Origin: Trichinella spiralis
Taxonomy: Eukaryota
DNA: 64,000 bases
NCBI RefSeq assembly: GCF_000181795.1
Contig: NW_003526940.1
Coordinates: forward strand, 2,393,346 to 2,457,345
Direction: 5' to 3'
Below are positions 50,501-64,000 of this stretch, one piece after another. The position numbers were made by a program, and so were the translations under genes. Numbering within the stretch: the first letter of the stretch is position 1; each line of letters starts with the position of its first letter. Under the pieces are notes generated by a model. The model was not told the origin of the DNA. It searched no databases and worked only from the letters and a program-made list of their open reading frames with translations.

Positions 50501-53468
50501 TTCAAAGTTGTTTTAAAGTAACAAGTATACTTTTAAAAAATAGAAAACAATACTTTTCAACGGAGAAATTATGAAATGATGATGCCAATTTACACTTGTT
50601 ATTATCATTATTATGCAGAACATTACAAGTTGAAAAGAAATTTTTATGTAGAAATGAACAAAATAAAATAAAAATAGAGAGAAATGTTTAAAAAGCTACA
50701 AAAGTATTTGAATATCCAATTTATATGATAATTTTCTTTCAGTTTCATTACCTTCAAATCATACGTAGTATGCAATGCAGTGTTTCCCGTCAAAGTGTCC
50801 TTCTCTTCCAAAACACTTGGATCATTTTCCAAAAAACATTTAATTTGTCTATAGATATATATATGTACATATAAGAAATTTAAATCAATTAATTTACTGA
50901 AAAACTGTGACATACGATAAATTTTTCATTTTAATAGCAAGATGAAACGGTGGTGTAGAACTCGAATGTTTGGCACCGATTTGGATCAACGTTTGTGTAG
51001 CCGCGTCTGTGCCTTCACGAACCGCGTAGTGCAGTGGAGTCATGAAATTTACATCTGACTGATTTACTAAAACTTTCAAATCCACAGGATTCAAATAATT
51101 AGCCAGTAACTGAAAAGTCAAGCCAACTGAACATATGAAACAAAAAAAAATAAAAACTGTCCCTTCCACCTTAATTATATTCGATTTGCGCGCAAGGTGA
51201 AAAGCATTACGATCCAATGCATCAACAGCTTTAATATCCGCACCAAGATGGATGAGCTTTTCAAGTAACTTAAAGTTTCCAGCTTTTACTGCTAAATGCA
51301 ATGGTGTCCATCCTTCAGGTCTCGATTTCAAATTAATGACTCTGTAAAAAAATTCATCATGAAATTACAATCCAATGAATAAAACATCGTTGCACATTAT
51401 TATTTCAAATTTTAAAATGCTGTGAAATTTTAAATAAAATTCTTATTTTTCAATTAAAATGTTTACAGTTGCATTCTAAATTTATATTTTGTACAGGGAC
51501 TTTTTAAACAAACACTGACAAATTGAATTACAGTGAAACTCCGATTATCCAGGAAGTTTTCAGTTGGACAACCTGCATTTCATTAATTCTATAACATTTT
51601 GTTTCTGGCTAATTTTTATGTCCGGTATGTCTACTACTAGAAAGAGAGAGGTTTTCAGTTTAGAGAAAAAGCTAGAAGTGTGTAGACTAGTGGAGAGAGA
51701 CGAGTCACTCAGGAAAATCGCTGAGAGTTTTGGTGTGGGTCTGTCCACAGTTTCAGATATCTATCGCAGTCGACATCAGCTAACTGACTTCATGTTGCAC
51801 ATGGATACTTCGAGTAGCTGTTCTTCACGAAAATCTTTGAAAAATGCGTCAAATAGTGCGCTTGATTCAGCGATATCCATGTAGTTCCTCCAGAAACGAG
51901 CACTTGACCAACCAATGAGTGGTCCCATTTTGCAAGAAAAAGCTACTAGCTTTCAGTACTAAGCTGGGTATTGATAATTTTGTAGTCAGTTCAGGATGGC
52001 TAATAAACTTTAAAAGTCGGCATGGCATACGCGAGCTTAAAATTCACGGTGAAAAGTTGTCTGCTAACAGTGAGATAATAAATGTTCATGCAATTTAAGC
52101 GAGTAAAGAGCAAATAACGTCGCATAATAAACAGAATGCCTACTCTTTCTTCCGCGTCTAATTGAGAATAACAGCTATAAACGCCTCAATTACGTAAATA
52201 CATTTTGAAAAATTGGAAACGTCTGATTATCCGAAAGACCCTCAAAAACCGAGTGTTCGGATAATCGGAGTTTCACTGTATATTGTCAAATAAAGTATGT
52301 TTCATTTCATTTCCGAAACGGTTAACTGAATTATACATTAAAATTATAATGCACTAAATTCAAATAATTTTTTAAATTAATTACCTACCTATCAATGTTG
52401 GTCAACTCTTGCTCGAAATAATTGTCCAACCCTAAATATACAGCATAGTGGACATCCTCCCAGTGAGGTTGCTCTTTAACCAGTGTCATCAACTCTCCAA
52501 GCACTGCATCTCTATCTATAATCAAAGAATCACGAATATTTGAAGATCAATTTCCATTTATATAAATTCAAACTAACATAATAAACATTGCTTAAATAAT
52601 ACATATTGCTTATTTAAATTGTCTACCCGCAAATAAAATTTCTTATACAACACTGCAATATATTCGCTAAAAATATTAATTTTGAAAAATAATTTTAAAA
52701 AATCAACCTTTCATATTAACATTTTCTATAATTTCAAATAACTGATTAAATTTTAAGTGCATCTTAGTAGTTGACAAATCAAAACAAATGTAAATAATTA
52801 AAATACACCTTACGTATTGCACGAATAAGGGAGGAAATATTCATCAACTTGTGGTACATTTCCAATGCCACAGAAGGATTGGAACTGCTGAAAATGCTGA
52901 AATAAAAAAATACAAATATACCTCAAACTTTTAAAAGTCAGATGCATTGTGCAAAATATCTTCTATATCTTAAATGCTAATAAATAAAACATTTGAATTG
53001 AAAAAATAATAAATTTACCTAAAATTTCAGGTAATTTTTAACAAGAATAAAAATCTTTCAAATAATTTAAAAATTTATATTGAAATGCAATATGTGCATC
53101 ATGATGGCAGAATAAATTGCATAAGTATACGTAATAAAAAAATTCCTCATTTTTTTCAAGCCCAATATTTTTAAACTTTAAGGAAAAATGTTTTCCTACC
53201 ATAGCATTTTTTGTCTTTCCCAACGTAAACAAATGCAACGTTCCATTTTTTTGCAATGTGAAAGCAAAAGAAGTATACCACCGTCGTTGCATATTTCATA
53301 AAGACCGCGGGAATATTCGGATGATATATCAGTGATCCAAGTTTTTCTTAAAATGATATTTCCAACAACTTTTGCGACTTCAAAAACACCATCAAAAATA
53401 TTATTTGCAATTTCGAAAGGCCAATAACGACCTTTCAAAATCGAACTCTCAACTTGCATTAAACTCAT
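47598..53468 (-). CDS. PLA2G6: Calcium-independent phospholipase A2 (ankyrin repeats + patatin domain); start codon uncertain
   Basis: Ankyrin repeats (GWTPLHLAV, TPLHYAV, TALHLAV), DGGGIRG, lipase motif GSSTG, RSSCAAPYYF, IDGGLMSNNP, SLGTG, YFRL. Confidence 0.92.
49730..50018. mobile_element. hAT (Charlie/MER5-like) MITE in an iPLA2 intron, 289 bp
   Basis: TIRs CAGTGGTTCTCAAC / GTTGAGAACCGCTG; TSD ctttatta / cattatta (7 of 8 match). Confidence 0.85.
51531..52278 (+). mobile_element. Tigger/pogo internally deleted DNA transposon in an iPLA2 intron
   Basis: Perfect 20-bp TIR CAGTGAAACTCCGATTATCC with TA TSD. Encodes CENP-B-type HTH remnants (RKREVFSLEKKLEV...FGVGLSTVSDI; SSGWLINFKSRHGI...HGEKLSA) with a stop and no DDE domain. 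Confidence 0.92.
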
Positions 53469-56046
53469 CCAACCAACCAACCTAAAATTCAACCATCAAA
53501 GCAAGCACAAACGCACTAATCAACAACTATAAACAATCACATCTGCAAACATTAATAAAATATTTGAATTTAATGCTTAAAATTGAAAATGCTGCCATGG
53601 GAATAGAACATTCAAATATCACTAAACAAATTCCTCCCACTATTTCATATTTCCTTTCTAATATGCTATCAGCTTATCGTGAAAATGTTTACTTTGGAAT
53701 AGAATATTCACCGGCGCTAATAGTTCAGCTTATTAGCTTCCATTACTGAACAAGTGACATTTTTATAAAATTTATCAGAATAAAAATCAATATCATTAAA
53801 ATCAGAATTTAATATTTCATTTAAACGAAAATACCAGTTATTGATAAAAAGTTCACATATTCCATACGATAGCTGCCTAAACTAAGTGCACGCATACTAC
53901 TGTAATACAGTAAACTTACATATGTGCAAGTCGAATCAAATAGCTACTATAAAAACTTCACGTAATATACTTAAATAAAAAATATGTTTAAGAAATTTTA
54001 CTTAAGTTCAAGATAATATTTCTTATTCGATGTTTTTGGGTTGTCTAACTTACTGAAATTTACATTTTTTAGGAACTGTTTTACATAAAAATTGCTCCAT
54101 GCAATATTTTGCTTTGCACAACATTTTTGTTGATTTGCACTGTGTTCTGAATCAAACATACTAATATTTTTATACAAATAGCCGAGAATGAAATACATAC
54201 TGCTTTGTGTACATTTGTTGTCAGCTGTTTGCACGTTTCAGGAATGCACTGATTTAAGGTGAATAAAATAATACACGAGAGTTGTTAATAGCACTCATAA
54301 AACTGCAATATATTTGTCAAATTACACAATTGTTAGTCAAAAGAGGAGGATAAGTGAAAGCGTATAGAACTTTTTGATGAATCACATAAAAGTTAATCGA
54401 TTTCTGCTCAGAAGAAGGATGGTATTATACAAATTTGTTATGAAATGAAACTGTTAGAATGCAAGAGAGATAGCTTTTTCATTTTATCCCATCTTGCCTG
54501 TCACTCTCAGTCATTCATATTCTTGCAAACAGTATGTCCTTAAGTAATTTTTGTTTTCTATTAATGGCCAGTATGTGATCGTCATAGCTCATTGTATATT
54601 GAAGAAAAATGTCTATGGGTATTTATGTATGTTTGATAAGTATGTTGAAATAACCACACTGATTTCATGCATTTCTGCTATTAAAGTTTGTAAACCGCTT
54701 TAATAAAATAATTGTTCAGTGTATCTAATTAAATATTGTATTGACTCATGTATTATAGAATCAGATCTGTAATGGTTTTCTTTGAAATGATAATTATGAA
54801 ATTTGTTCTTCTGATAGCTATCAGTCTGATAAAGTCAAAATATAATATAACTTTCTTAGCACTATTGCAATGCTACCAGACGAAAACAAGAAATCGCAAA
54901 AAATACAATAAAAATTTGTATTTGTGGAAACGTTTCTGTTTTTCATTAAGAGTTTGTTACAATTGCAGGAAGTAGTATTTCTTTCATTGTAACTATAATT
55001 ACACTCTTGATGCATCCTTTTTCCTTCTGTTATTGTTAAAGCATTCGTCCCATTCTTCTTGTCTGAAGCCACCCTCCGGCTGCAAATGACGTAGCATATT
55101 AATAATAATACAAATTTGTTATTTAATTTACTGTAATTATTATTATAGTAATTTTTCATTATTGTATAAAACATTATTATTATTATTATTATAAAATACT
55201 TCCATTTTGAATATCATTTTCAAAACTTGTTTTAAATACAGCTTTTCATTGGAAAATTGCAGCTAAAAATAAAAAAATGATTCTTTTAAAATTCATTTCA
55301 CCGCAAATTATTTACAAAGAGTGTTGTAATGTAAATTTAAATTAAATTAAGAAAACAACAACAATAGTAAATAGCTTAAAAAATTGCTTCGTCATGATTG
55401 TTCAACGTAATTGTTTAGTTTTTTTTTGAATACCGGATACTTTACTAGTTTACAAAATTACGTCACGAAAATCATTCTTGACATTGATTTATAAAATAAT
55501 AAAATTAATTTTTATACGAAATTATGATAATTTCATGCATGTTCATTTTAAATGCAATTGTTATTAGCTAAACGGAGAGAATATATCAAAGAAAAAATAC
55601 AAATACACTTATCTTAGCAGAATTTGTAAGCAAGTAATAAAAAGAAAAAAAAATTCAAATTGAAATGAAAATAAATTTTTTCTCACTAGTCCCATCTGCT
55701 GTTTTCTTTTGTATAAGCATTATGAACCATGAATATGATTTGTTCAGTTTTTTTTGTTTATTACATAAAAATGCATCTGCATATGATTTTTTGCTTTGCA
55801 ATACAAACGTTTTAAATGAAGTTATTTTGGGGAAGTTTCACGATTTTGGAATTATGTCAGCATGGAAATTTTGCAAATGTGACGTATATCAAAAAGTTAG
55901 TTAGCAATTTCATATCTGAACACTTTTAAACGATGACCAGTTTTGTTTCAAAGTTATACAAAAATGGAGTCTGGTTTCTCCTCTTTTAGCAGCTAGTTTT
56001 AAATTGTCATTTTCCAAAATTTCCGGATTTCTATGCTTATGAACGG

Positions 56047-56057
56047 CTATATAAATA
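56047..56057 (+). promoter_or_regulatory. Candidate TATA box of the secreted-protein gene
   Basis: ctatataaata ~50 bp upstream of ATG 56099. Confidence 0.5.
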
Positions 56058-56098
56058 ACACTGCAAGTTGTGCATCGCAGAATATACCAATTGCAATC

Positions 56099-57838
56099 AT
56101 GAAGGTGATGTTTATGCTCTTTGCGCTTTTGGGCAGCATAAGTTTGGTCAGTTGCATCCACCCAAAATATTTGTACAGAGATACGCATTCAAGATTAGGT
56201 AAAAGAGATGGATCGATGATTTTACCTCTGGAACAAAATGATGACAGCGATGAAGATCCACACGGGGGTGACCATTGGAAATTTCCACACAAGCCTTTAC
56301 CACCGCCTCCTTCACCAGGTTCACCAAGAGATCGCTTCGGACCCAACAAACCCCCTCCTCCGGGATTCATGGACTTTTTTCCATTTGCAAGTGACGAATC
56401 TATAGACATAATCCCGTTTGATGACGGCTTTTCCCCAGTAAGTTGCATACTTATATTAACGCAGTTAATTAATTAATTTATTAAATGTATTTGATAACTA
56501 GTAAACAAGCAGCATTTTTTGTCAGACTATTCGTAAAATTTCTAATAAAAAAAGTTGCTAAATTTTTAAAATGCAATTTCCAGTTAAGCCAAGATTGAAG
56601 CTAATGTTACGGTGAATATTTTACAATTAATTTTTTTTGCAAAATTTTGAGTTCATGTTTTTTGGCATTAAACTGCAAAAATTTATTTATATTTACTGAT
56701 GAAAAAAGAACTTTAGACTACAACAGCTTAATATCTTTATCAAAAAGGTACAAACTGCTGTAGCATTTTGTTTGAAACGTAAGTCATGAGTTAAAATTGT
56801 ATTTGGTATGGTTAGCAAACAATAATGAAAATTTTTTTGCTCCTTTATTATTAATATAATGTTGTATATTAATTGTCATGCCGATTCCCGGTTTTCTGGG
56901 CTAGTTTCTACAGAATGCAAATAGAATATGTAAAAATGTAATTGTTCCGTTAGCTAACTGTTCTGGGGTGTGCAGTTGGTGGGAGGACAATTTATCTAAC
57001 TGGGTAAAATGAGTTGCTTTATGCTTCATTTATTCCCATTCAGAAGCTTTTAGTTTTGAACTTTTGCTAAGCTAGTTTCGTAAACTTGTTTTCGAAACAA
57101 TACAAAATCTGACACCGTTTAATGTTTAATAGTGTTTTTTTTATTATTGTTAAATAGCAACATTTGCTAACATGTGCTATTATGACACAGGCATAAGATT
57201 TTATGTTAACGTTACTGGTGTTATTTGTGTTCTTCTGGTTTGTTAAAAGTATCACATTTATAAATTGCTTCATTCTAACATGAAAATTAAACATAAAAAA
57301 GGGTAAATTTCTATTTGTGGAATGTATTTGTTGGAAAATATTGTTCAACGCATGTTCAGTGAAATTTTTCAAAAAATTCTGTTTGAAAATGCTATTGTGA
57401 GATTTCTAATTCTGTTCAGGAACAAAGTGCATGGATGGACAAAGATTACAGTTGCCGATCTACAGAATGCTCCAAAGAGGAGAATGCCTGGTATGCATGT
57501 GTTATGCTGAGTGATGCGTGCATGGAGCGCATGGCGCCAATGGTGGAATGTGACGAAATAAAGCAGCGATGCATCAAGTTGAAAGCTCTATTTGCTCGCT
57601 GTTTCAATGAATGCACCAGAGTTGAATACGACAGTAAGTGGAATAATAAGTTAGCCATAAAAAGCTATTTTAAGATATTTAAGAATTTAAGAAGATATTT
57701 AAGAAAAAAAGTTAAAATAATGTGAAAATTTAAATTAATGCTTTGAAATTTGTTGCAGACTTAAAAAAGATGGTCAAGAATATTCGAGTTGATCAACCAC
57801 CACCTCAACCACGATCAGCTGTCAAAAGACAAAAGTGA
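56099..57838 (+). CDS. Novel secreted protein, ~210 aa (exons 56099-56437, 57420-57633, 57759-57838): signal peptide, GKR site, acidic/Pro-rich linker, 8-Cys domain
   Basis: GT-AG introns in compatible phases; MKVMFMLFALLGSISLVSC signal peptide; AATAAA at ~57960. Confidence 0.8.
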
Positions 57839-59113
57839 TCAAACAGCTTTGCCTGCATTGCAACAAATTTTCAAAATTAATCAAACTGATTTAATATAAT
57901 TTATTGTCAAATGTTTGGATGTGGTATTTTTTCAAAAAGTATTATTCAATCTGTTTTACAATAAATAAATTTTATGTTTTTACTGCACATGAAGTATATT
58001 GCAAAATAAAACAGTTAAAGTAAAATTACAGAAAAAATATTTAAAAAATGGCAAAAATCTTGTTATTGATAGTCATGATTACAAGCTAAACTTGCATTTA
58101 TTAAACAGTTTATTTTGATGAATATTTTATACAGTTTAATATAAGTGCATGCATGCAATCAAAGATATAAATAAATTAAAAAACCAATCTTCTATTTTTT
58201 GGAGTGCACTTACATTCTGATGCATTAATAAATTTGAAACTGTAATTATATCAAGAATTATTAATCGCATGCATATGCTCAAAGTGGTAATCAACATTAC
58301 AGAGAAATTTTTATTAAACAGTCAAATAAAACTTGAGCAAAATAATTAAAAATTAGCAATAATTTTAATGAACTATAAATAAATAATATCTTCAATAAAT
58401 TAAAAAGATCTGTTAAAACAATTTTTCAGCTATCAAACAAAACTTCAACGAAAATAAATGACAAACATACATTTGTAATTTTGAATAATGAATTTATGAT
58501 TTATTCATTTTTTTTGGTTTGAATTAATTTTTATTTTGATGGAGAAAGCTTTATAAAAACAATTTTTCATGTATTTAGTATTCACCGGTGAAAATAAAAA
58601 ACATTTTATCCATAGATTACTAAGCAATAGATATGTTGTATTTTTTTAGTTTTACATTTTTATATGATGCTAACATAAGCATCTGAATATTGGCAATATA
58701 ATGTGGATATTTTTGGTCTAAAATATTTGCAATATGATGAAATTTGAAATAAAATGCTTATAAAATATCACGTGTTACTTTTTGTACTTATTATCAAAGT
58801 AAATTATTATATACTTATTAATGAAATTTTTTGAAAACAAAGTAATTTCACATTGTACAGAAGTACTGTAATGTATTTAGCCATTAATATCTTAATGTAA
58901 TTTACTTTAAAATAAAAAATTTCATACAGTATACTGAAACAACTTGTTCTTCAAATTTTAAAAACTAAAATATTCAAATTTTACGCTTTTTCTTCAAAAA
59001 TGATTTTTGATCTGTAGTTACCATATAATTGCACTTATGTTATTTAAATTTTAAAACGTTTTATAATTTCAATTTTGATTACAATTTTTTGCTCATGCTG
59101 TTGCTTGTTGTTA

Positions 59114-59746
59114 CAGTCGAACTTGGTTAAGTGCACATGGAATTTGGCAAGAATTTCCATGCACTTATTTAAGTTGTGCACTTATCGAAAGTTGGGAATT
59201 ATGCAGAGTAATTAAAAGGAGCAATAACTTCACATTTACGAATAGGTTTAATGCGAAAAAATGTCCATTTATTTCATGCAAAATAGTCGGCAATGTAGAT
59301 TTGAATTATGGTTACAAGCGATTATTAGCAGTTTTTGTGGCACCAGCGTTGCTAGCTGCTCTTCAATTCAGTTCAGATTTGTCAGATTTATGCTGTTTTT
59401 TGTGAAAATATGACTGAATTGTCATGAGATATGCGACTGCTTCCTTGTGAGTAACTTCCTGGGAAAACAGTAGTTATTTTGATTTGGGCTAGTTGATGTT
59501 GTCTGTGAGATGCTTGCTTATTCTAATATAATAAATAATAAACTTTGCTGAGCATCAGATGAACGTAAAGCAACCAGGAACGCACCTATTGTGCAGCTAA
59601 GGACTATTTATTGCAAACAGTAAATCCCGTGGACCACAGTAATTAGCACTTAATCAAGTTGTGCACTTATCCAATATTTTACTGTATAATTAACTAAAGA
59701 AAATTTTGTTAGGCCAAAATATTGTACAGTTAACCAAGTTCGACTG
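59114..59746. mobile_element. Tigger/pogo-type MITE, 633 bp
   Basis: Perfect 17-bp TIR CAGTCGAACTTGGTTAA with TA TSD; internal aagttgtgcacttatc repeated near both ends. Confidence 0.9.
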
Positions 59747-62700
59747 TATTAGTGATTTATTTTTAAAAATTTCTTATATGCAGTGAATTGTATGCAAAAA
59801 AAATGTACTTTTGAGATGAAATAAGTACAATTTGGGCAACTTGGACTTAAACTGGAGTAAAAACTTAATTTAGTCTTGAAATAAATAATTGAAGAATTTA
59901 TTTCATTTAGTTATTTGTGATATAATACTGACGGCATTATTTATTTAATATTTACAAGATGATGCTACAAATGGCTAACGTTTGCCTTTCTGATTGATTA
60001 TTTGGAGTTGCAGTTTAAAAAGAATTGATAAGTAGTAGTTTAATTTTGAAACTTTTAATTTCAAAGAAAAAAATTATCTTTTAGTTGTAAACAAAATAAA
60101 ATTCAAAATATTTTGTATTAATCTTTAATTTAAACGGTAAATATTTGAAAAGTAAAATTTGAAATTCAATCAAATTTTTGTTGTTGGAATTTTAACATCG
60201 GAGTAATGTAATTTTAATTGCCACACATAATGTCATGATAAGTCAAGTAGTGGTTTTGGCTTATTCAAATTTCAACAATGAATTATAAAACTGAAATGAA
60301 AAGCAGACAACAATTAATTAATGGTGCAGTCAGTGGGTGGGCTTTAGTTAGCTTGAAAAACAAAAAGCATCGGTATTTTGGAAAAGATGTTTACGTCAAA
60401 CAGAAAATGTTTTTTATAATTGAATTTCCATGATTATTTTTGGCAATGGTACATAAATTGAGCCCATCTTTACTGTTTTTTCATTTCTTCTTCTGCTTTA
60501 AATTTATTTAATCAACTCGAGTGAATTAAAAATCCAACAAGCAGTACTTGCCTGCCTTGAGTGGAATTATTCAATTTCCTTGAATTTTCTCTATAATTGA
60601 TGCTCCACAAATGTGCTTTTCATTTTTTTATTTGCCATTGCTCATTCTGAAAGTAAAATTTTTTGTTTTTTTTTTGGTTTTTTGTTGAATTTAATCAATC
60701 AGAAAAATTCAATCGATAGAATGTACATTTTTTTAAATGAAATTATTATCAATATTAAAGAGGAAAAAATGAATTGAAAAAGGAGAATTTTCGTCTTTTT
60801 TAATTAAAACCTTGTGGGTTTGACCAAAGCAGGAGCAACAAGCACTGAGATTGGAGTGTCAAATTAATTTTTGAACTGGCGAAGTTTGAATCAAATCGCC
60901 ACCGCTTGCAAACAACAAATCCAAGCACGTGAAAGCTGGCAATAAGCGATTGCGATTAATTTTCTCAGAAGTATTTTCTTGGAGGTCAATTTTTCTTCCT
61001 ACTTTAGTAGCTTTTAGCTCAACAGGAAATTGATTTTCACGATGCTAAAAATTTGGTATCAAAAAGAACCGCTTCAAGATAAATTTCCATGACTCAGCGA
61101 CCAAGAGAGAGAAAGCTTAATTTACTTCATTAAACAAGTGCATGTCTCACAGTAGAAGCATGAATTATTTTTTTTTGTTAAAACAGCATCTTAAATGACT
61201 CTTCAACTTGCAAGGTATTTCGCTGAAAATTATCCCCCTCTTCCTCCTACACAGAAGAAGGGAGGATTAATTTTGATTTGTTTTCAAAGTAAGTTTATTT
61301 TTTATAAATAAACTGGAAAAATCTGCATGTATAAAAGAATTTATTCATTTATTCATTTTATCGCTTTATGATAATTTTAAATAATAATTACTAATTCAAA
61401 CAGATTTTGACTAGACAATGCATATATATATTTAACAATATATAGGAAAACAATAATTGAACATTATTATCATATTTTGAGCATCAATTATGAAATAACT
61501 TTTTTATTTTGAATTTTGTTTATGAAAATTGTAAATCTGTTCAACAAGTCGTGAAATATTTTGATTTGCACATTTTATCATTTTTATAAAATGATGTCAC
61601 CGTTTTTGACAGATCGAGAAGATAATTTGACTCACGGTTTAAGCTTAAAGGCATGCTTATTTCTTTCTAGCTGGTTTATTAAATTGTTAAAAATAATCTG
61701 ACATATTTTGATCCATTTTAAATTGATTTCTTCCTTTTTCTTGCATTTATCTTTCAAGACTGACTGTAGTGTTTTGTTCAGTTTTGGATGAAAATTGGAA
61801 AGGTATAATTAACAAAATTTTTCAACTTTTATGTTTATTTTTACTTTAAAAATTTTACTATTGTTTCTACGTAAATTTAAATGAACTACAGTAACAACAA
61901 TGTGCAATATGTGAAATGCATTTTGTATTTTTACTTTTATACCCAATCTTACATAAAATCAGTATATTGCAACTTTTTAAGTAATAATTTTTCATTTCTG
62001 GAACAAATATTATAAAAAAAACAAAAAAGACAGCAACAAATAATATGCAGCAGACAGCAACAATATTAAATCAAGTACAATTCAGTGCAAGCTAAAAGCT
62101 GATTCTTTTGATATTAAATAAAAGTATAACTGCAAATAAATATACTTTATGTTATATTCCCACCACTGAAATTTTGGAAGAAACTCTACATTAGCTTTAT
62201 AATAAAGGAAAATATTGCAACAATTTTTCTTTAATGTTTTAATGTTATTTTTATTTATTCAAACTTTGAAAATAGTCACTGGAACTGCAACTGAGGATGA
62301 TTAAAATAATTTTCATTTCCATTATTATTTATGCAAGTTTTTTTTTAATTTTAATTAAACAAATTCATTCCAGTAATTATAATTCAAACAGTTGCATCCG
62401 TTTCAACAAAAATGCTTTTCATTGAAAAAAAGATGCAGAGCTTTTTGATTTTTCCAAATTCGATCTATAAAACATATTCACCAGAATCATAAAAGTGAAA
62501 TGTATAAAAATCATATTTTCGATTAGAGCGAAAATTAATTTTGCAAAATAAATCGTGAACATTCTCATTTTTATATTTTATTTGAAATATATATTAAAAC
62601 GATATCAATAGAATGTTTCATAATTTTTATTATCAAATTGTTGAAATTATTAATTAAAATGAAATTTTATTAAACAACACAAAATTTACTTTGTAAAATA

Positions 62701-64000
62701 CTGATTGTCATTGTTTTGACAGAAACTGAAAGGCATTAGAATGAAAGTTTCTATTATATTAATTTTAATTTTACTTTGCAGTAAAAGTTTGCATTTTCTA
62801 ATATGTTTTACAATTTATTATTACTTGAATTTCTGAGATGGGCTATATTTTTTAAAATTGCAAGTTTAGTAATGCAATTTCAAATGCGACAAAGTAAAAC
62901 AATAAATAATAATTTATTGCATGAAGATGAAATTATTGATTAAAAATTCCGTTTGTTATTGGTATTAGTGTTATCATTATTAATATTGTTCAATGTCATC
63001 TTGTAAAGCAAGTTTTATTTTGAAAAATAAAGTTTAATTATTAGTGAGAGAAATTGAACACCTGAGAGAAAAAATTATTAATAATTGAAGAAGAAGAATT
63101 GAAACAAAATATTCATTGTGTTTATCAATTGCTGGCTATCTTGACATCGGATGAAAATTCACTTGCTCATTAGTGCAGTTTGCTTACAAGCAGCTGTATA
63201 TAACTCTGCCTATTAAATGATTGGTCACATGCATATCAGAAGACAAGGCGTCCATGTTCATTGACTTTTACTTTCCAATCATTGCATCCACTCTTATGGA
63301 AACGTATTGCTAACACCATTCGTAAGTGAATTCTTATCCCATATTTATTATTATGATACGAAATTAAATGAATTTCATAATTTTTTCAATAAGCTTATTA
63401 TTTTTTACGCACTACTTTTAAATTTCTACTCTATACTTGTAAAAAATGTAGAAAATAAAATCTACATTTAAATAGCATGATTTTAGTTTTCATTAAAAGC
63501 ATTTCTTCTTTCACAACTGTGCAACAATTTCTTTCTCATAAAATATTGCAATCATATTTTTTGATTATTAAATTCATTATATACTTATTGATGCTACACA
63601 CATTCTACACGTCTTGATACTTGATATCCATTATATACATATTTTTATTTATTTATTTATTTACATTTATATAATTGATAATGTTCAATAAAGATATATA
63701 AAAATAAAGAAAATGATACATTTAATTGCTGCGATTTTATTTAATAAATTTTCAATTGAATCTTAACAACTTTCACACAAAACTATTTATTTCATTTCAA
63801 TTTCAGCTGTTAATTATCACATTAGAGTGAAAATAAAAAATATACATGTACTAAAACTACTATACATATTATGTAATGAATGTACTATGTAATCACCAAT
63901 GAGCTCTGAGAATTATTTCTTGACGTCAAGCTGTTTCTAGATAGAAAGAAAAAAAAATTTTTTCTTCGAATTTCTTTCAAATAATAATTATAATTATGTA

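Noticed and set aside
53469..53950. Extra 5' iPLA2 exons with an ATG split by an intron (MQLSYGICELF...)
   Set aside because: Phases fit, but there is no homology support; could equally be 5' UTR.
55000..55080. Possible isolated minus-strand exon (PEGGFRQEEWDECF...)
   Set aside because: No partner exons or recognisable homology.
63090..63330. Higher-complexity segment ending in a GTAAGT donor
   Set aside because: All forward frames contain stops; possibly a non-coding first exon of a gene beyond the window, but unsupported.
58000..64000. miRNA, snRNA or SL-RNA genes in the long AT-rich tail
   Set aside because: I recognised no conserved mature miRNA or convincing SL/Sm-site structure by eye; an Infernal/Rfam scan would be needed.

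Overview
AT-rich eukaryotic genomic DNA with short spliceosomal introns and three 10-N scaffold gaps. It is most consistent with a clade I nematode such as Trichinella (inferred from a His-less DNase II gene, TTTCAG-type acceptors and operon-like gene spacing; not verified by search). Housekeeping genes: VPS29 (+), AP-1/AP-2 beta-adaptin (-), CSN1/GPS1 (+), NUBP2/Cfd1 (-), Rad6/UBE2A (-), Pol III subunit RPC2/POLR3B (+), purine nucleoside phosphorylase (+) and iPLA2/PLA2G6 (-). Other genes: an MRM1-like gene with only the substrate-binding domain, a secreted DNase II lacking both catalytic His (with an orphan copy of its 5' end), an unknown gene, and a secreted Pro-rich/Cys-rich protein. Mobile DNA: two BEL/Pao remnants, a likely solo LTR, a MULE pseudogene, two hAT MITEs, two Tigger/pogo elements and a dispersed ~190-bp repeat. 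A ~4.7-kb tandem duplication across a gap is probably an assembly artefact. Most interesting: (1) a candidate three-gene trans-spliced operon, unknown gene > POLR3B > PNP, with a second PNP first exon; (2) a secreted precursor with a GKR amidation site and three periodic CX9C motifs; (3) an apparently obligatory GT-AT intron in CSN1; (4) a methyltransferase-less MRM1-like protein; (5) a divergent RPC2; (6) a ~36-nt tRNA-Tyr-complementary PBS. All exon structures were assembled by eye.
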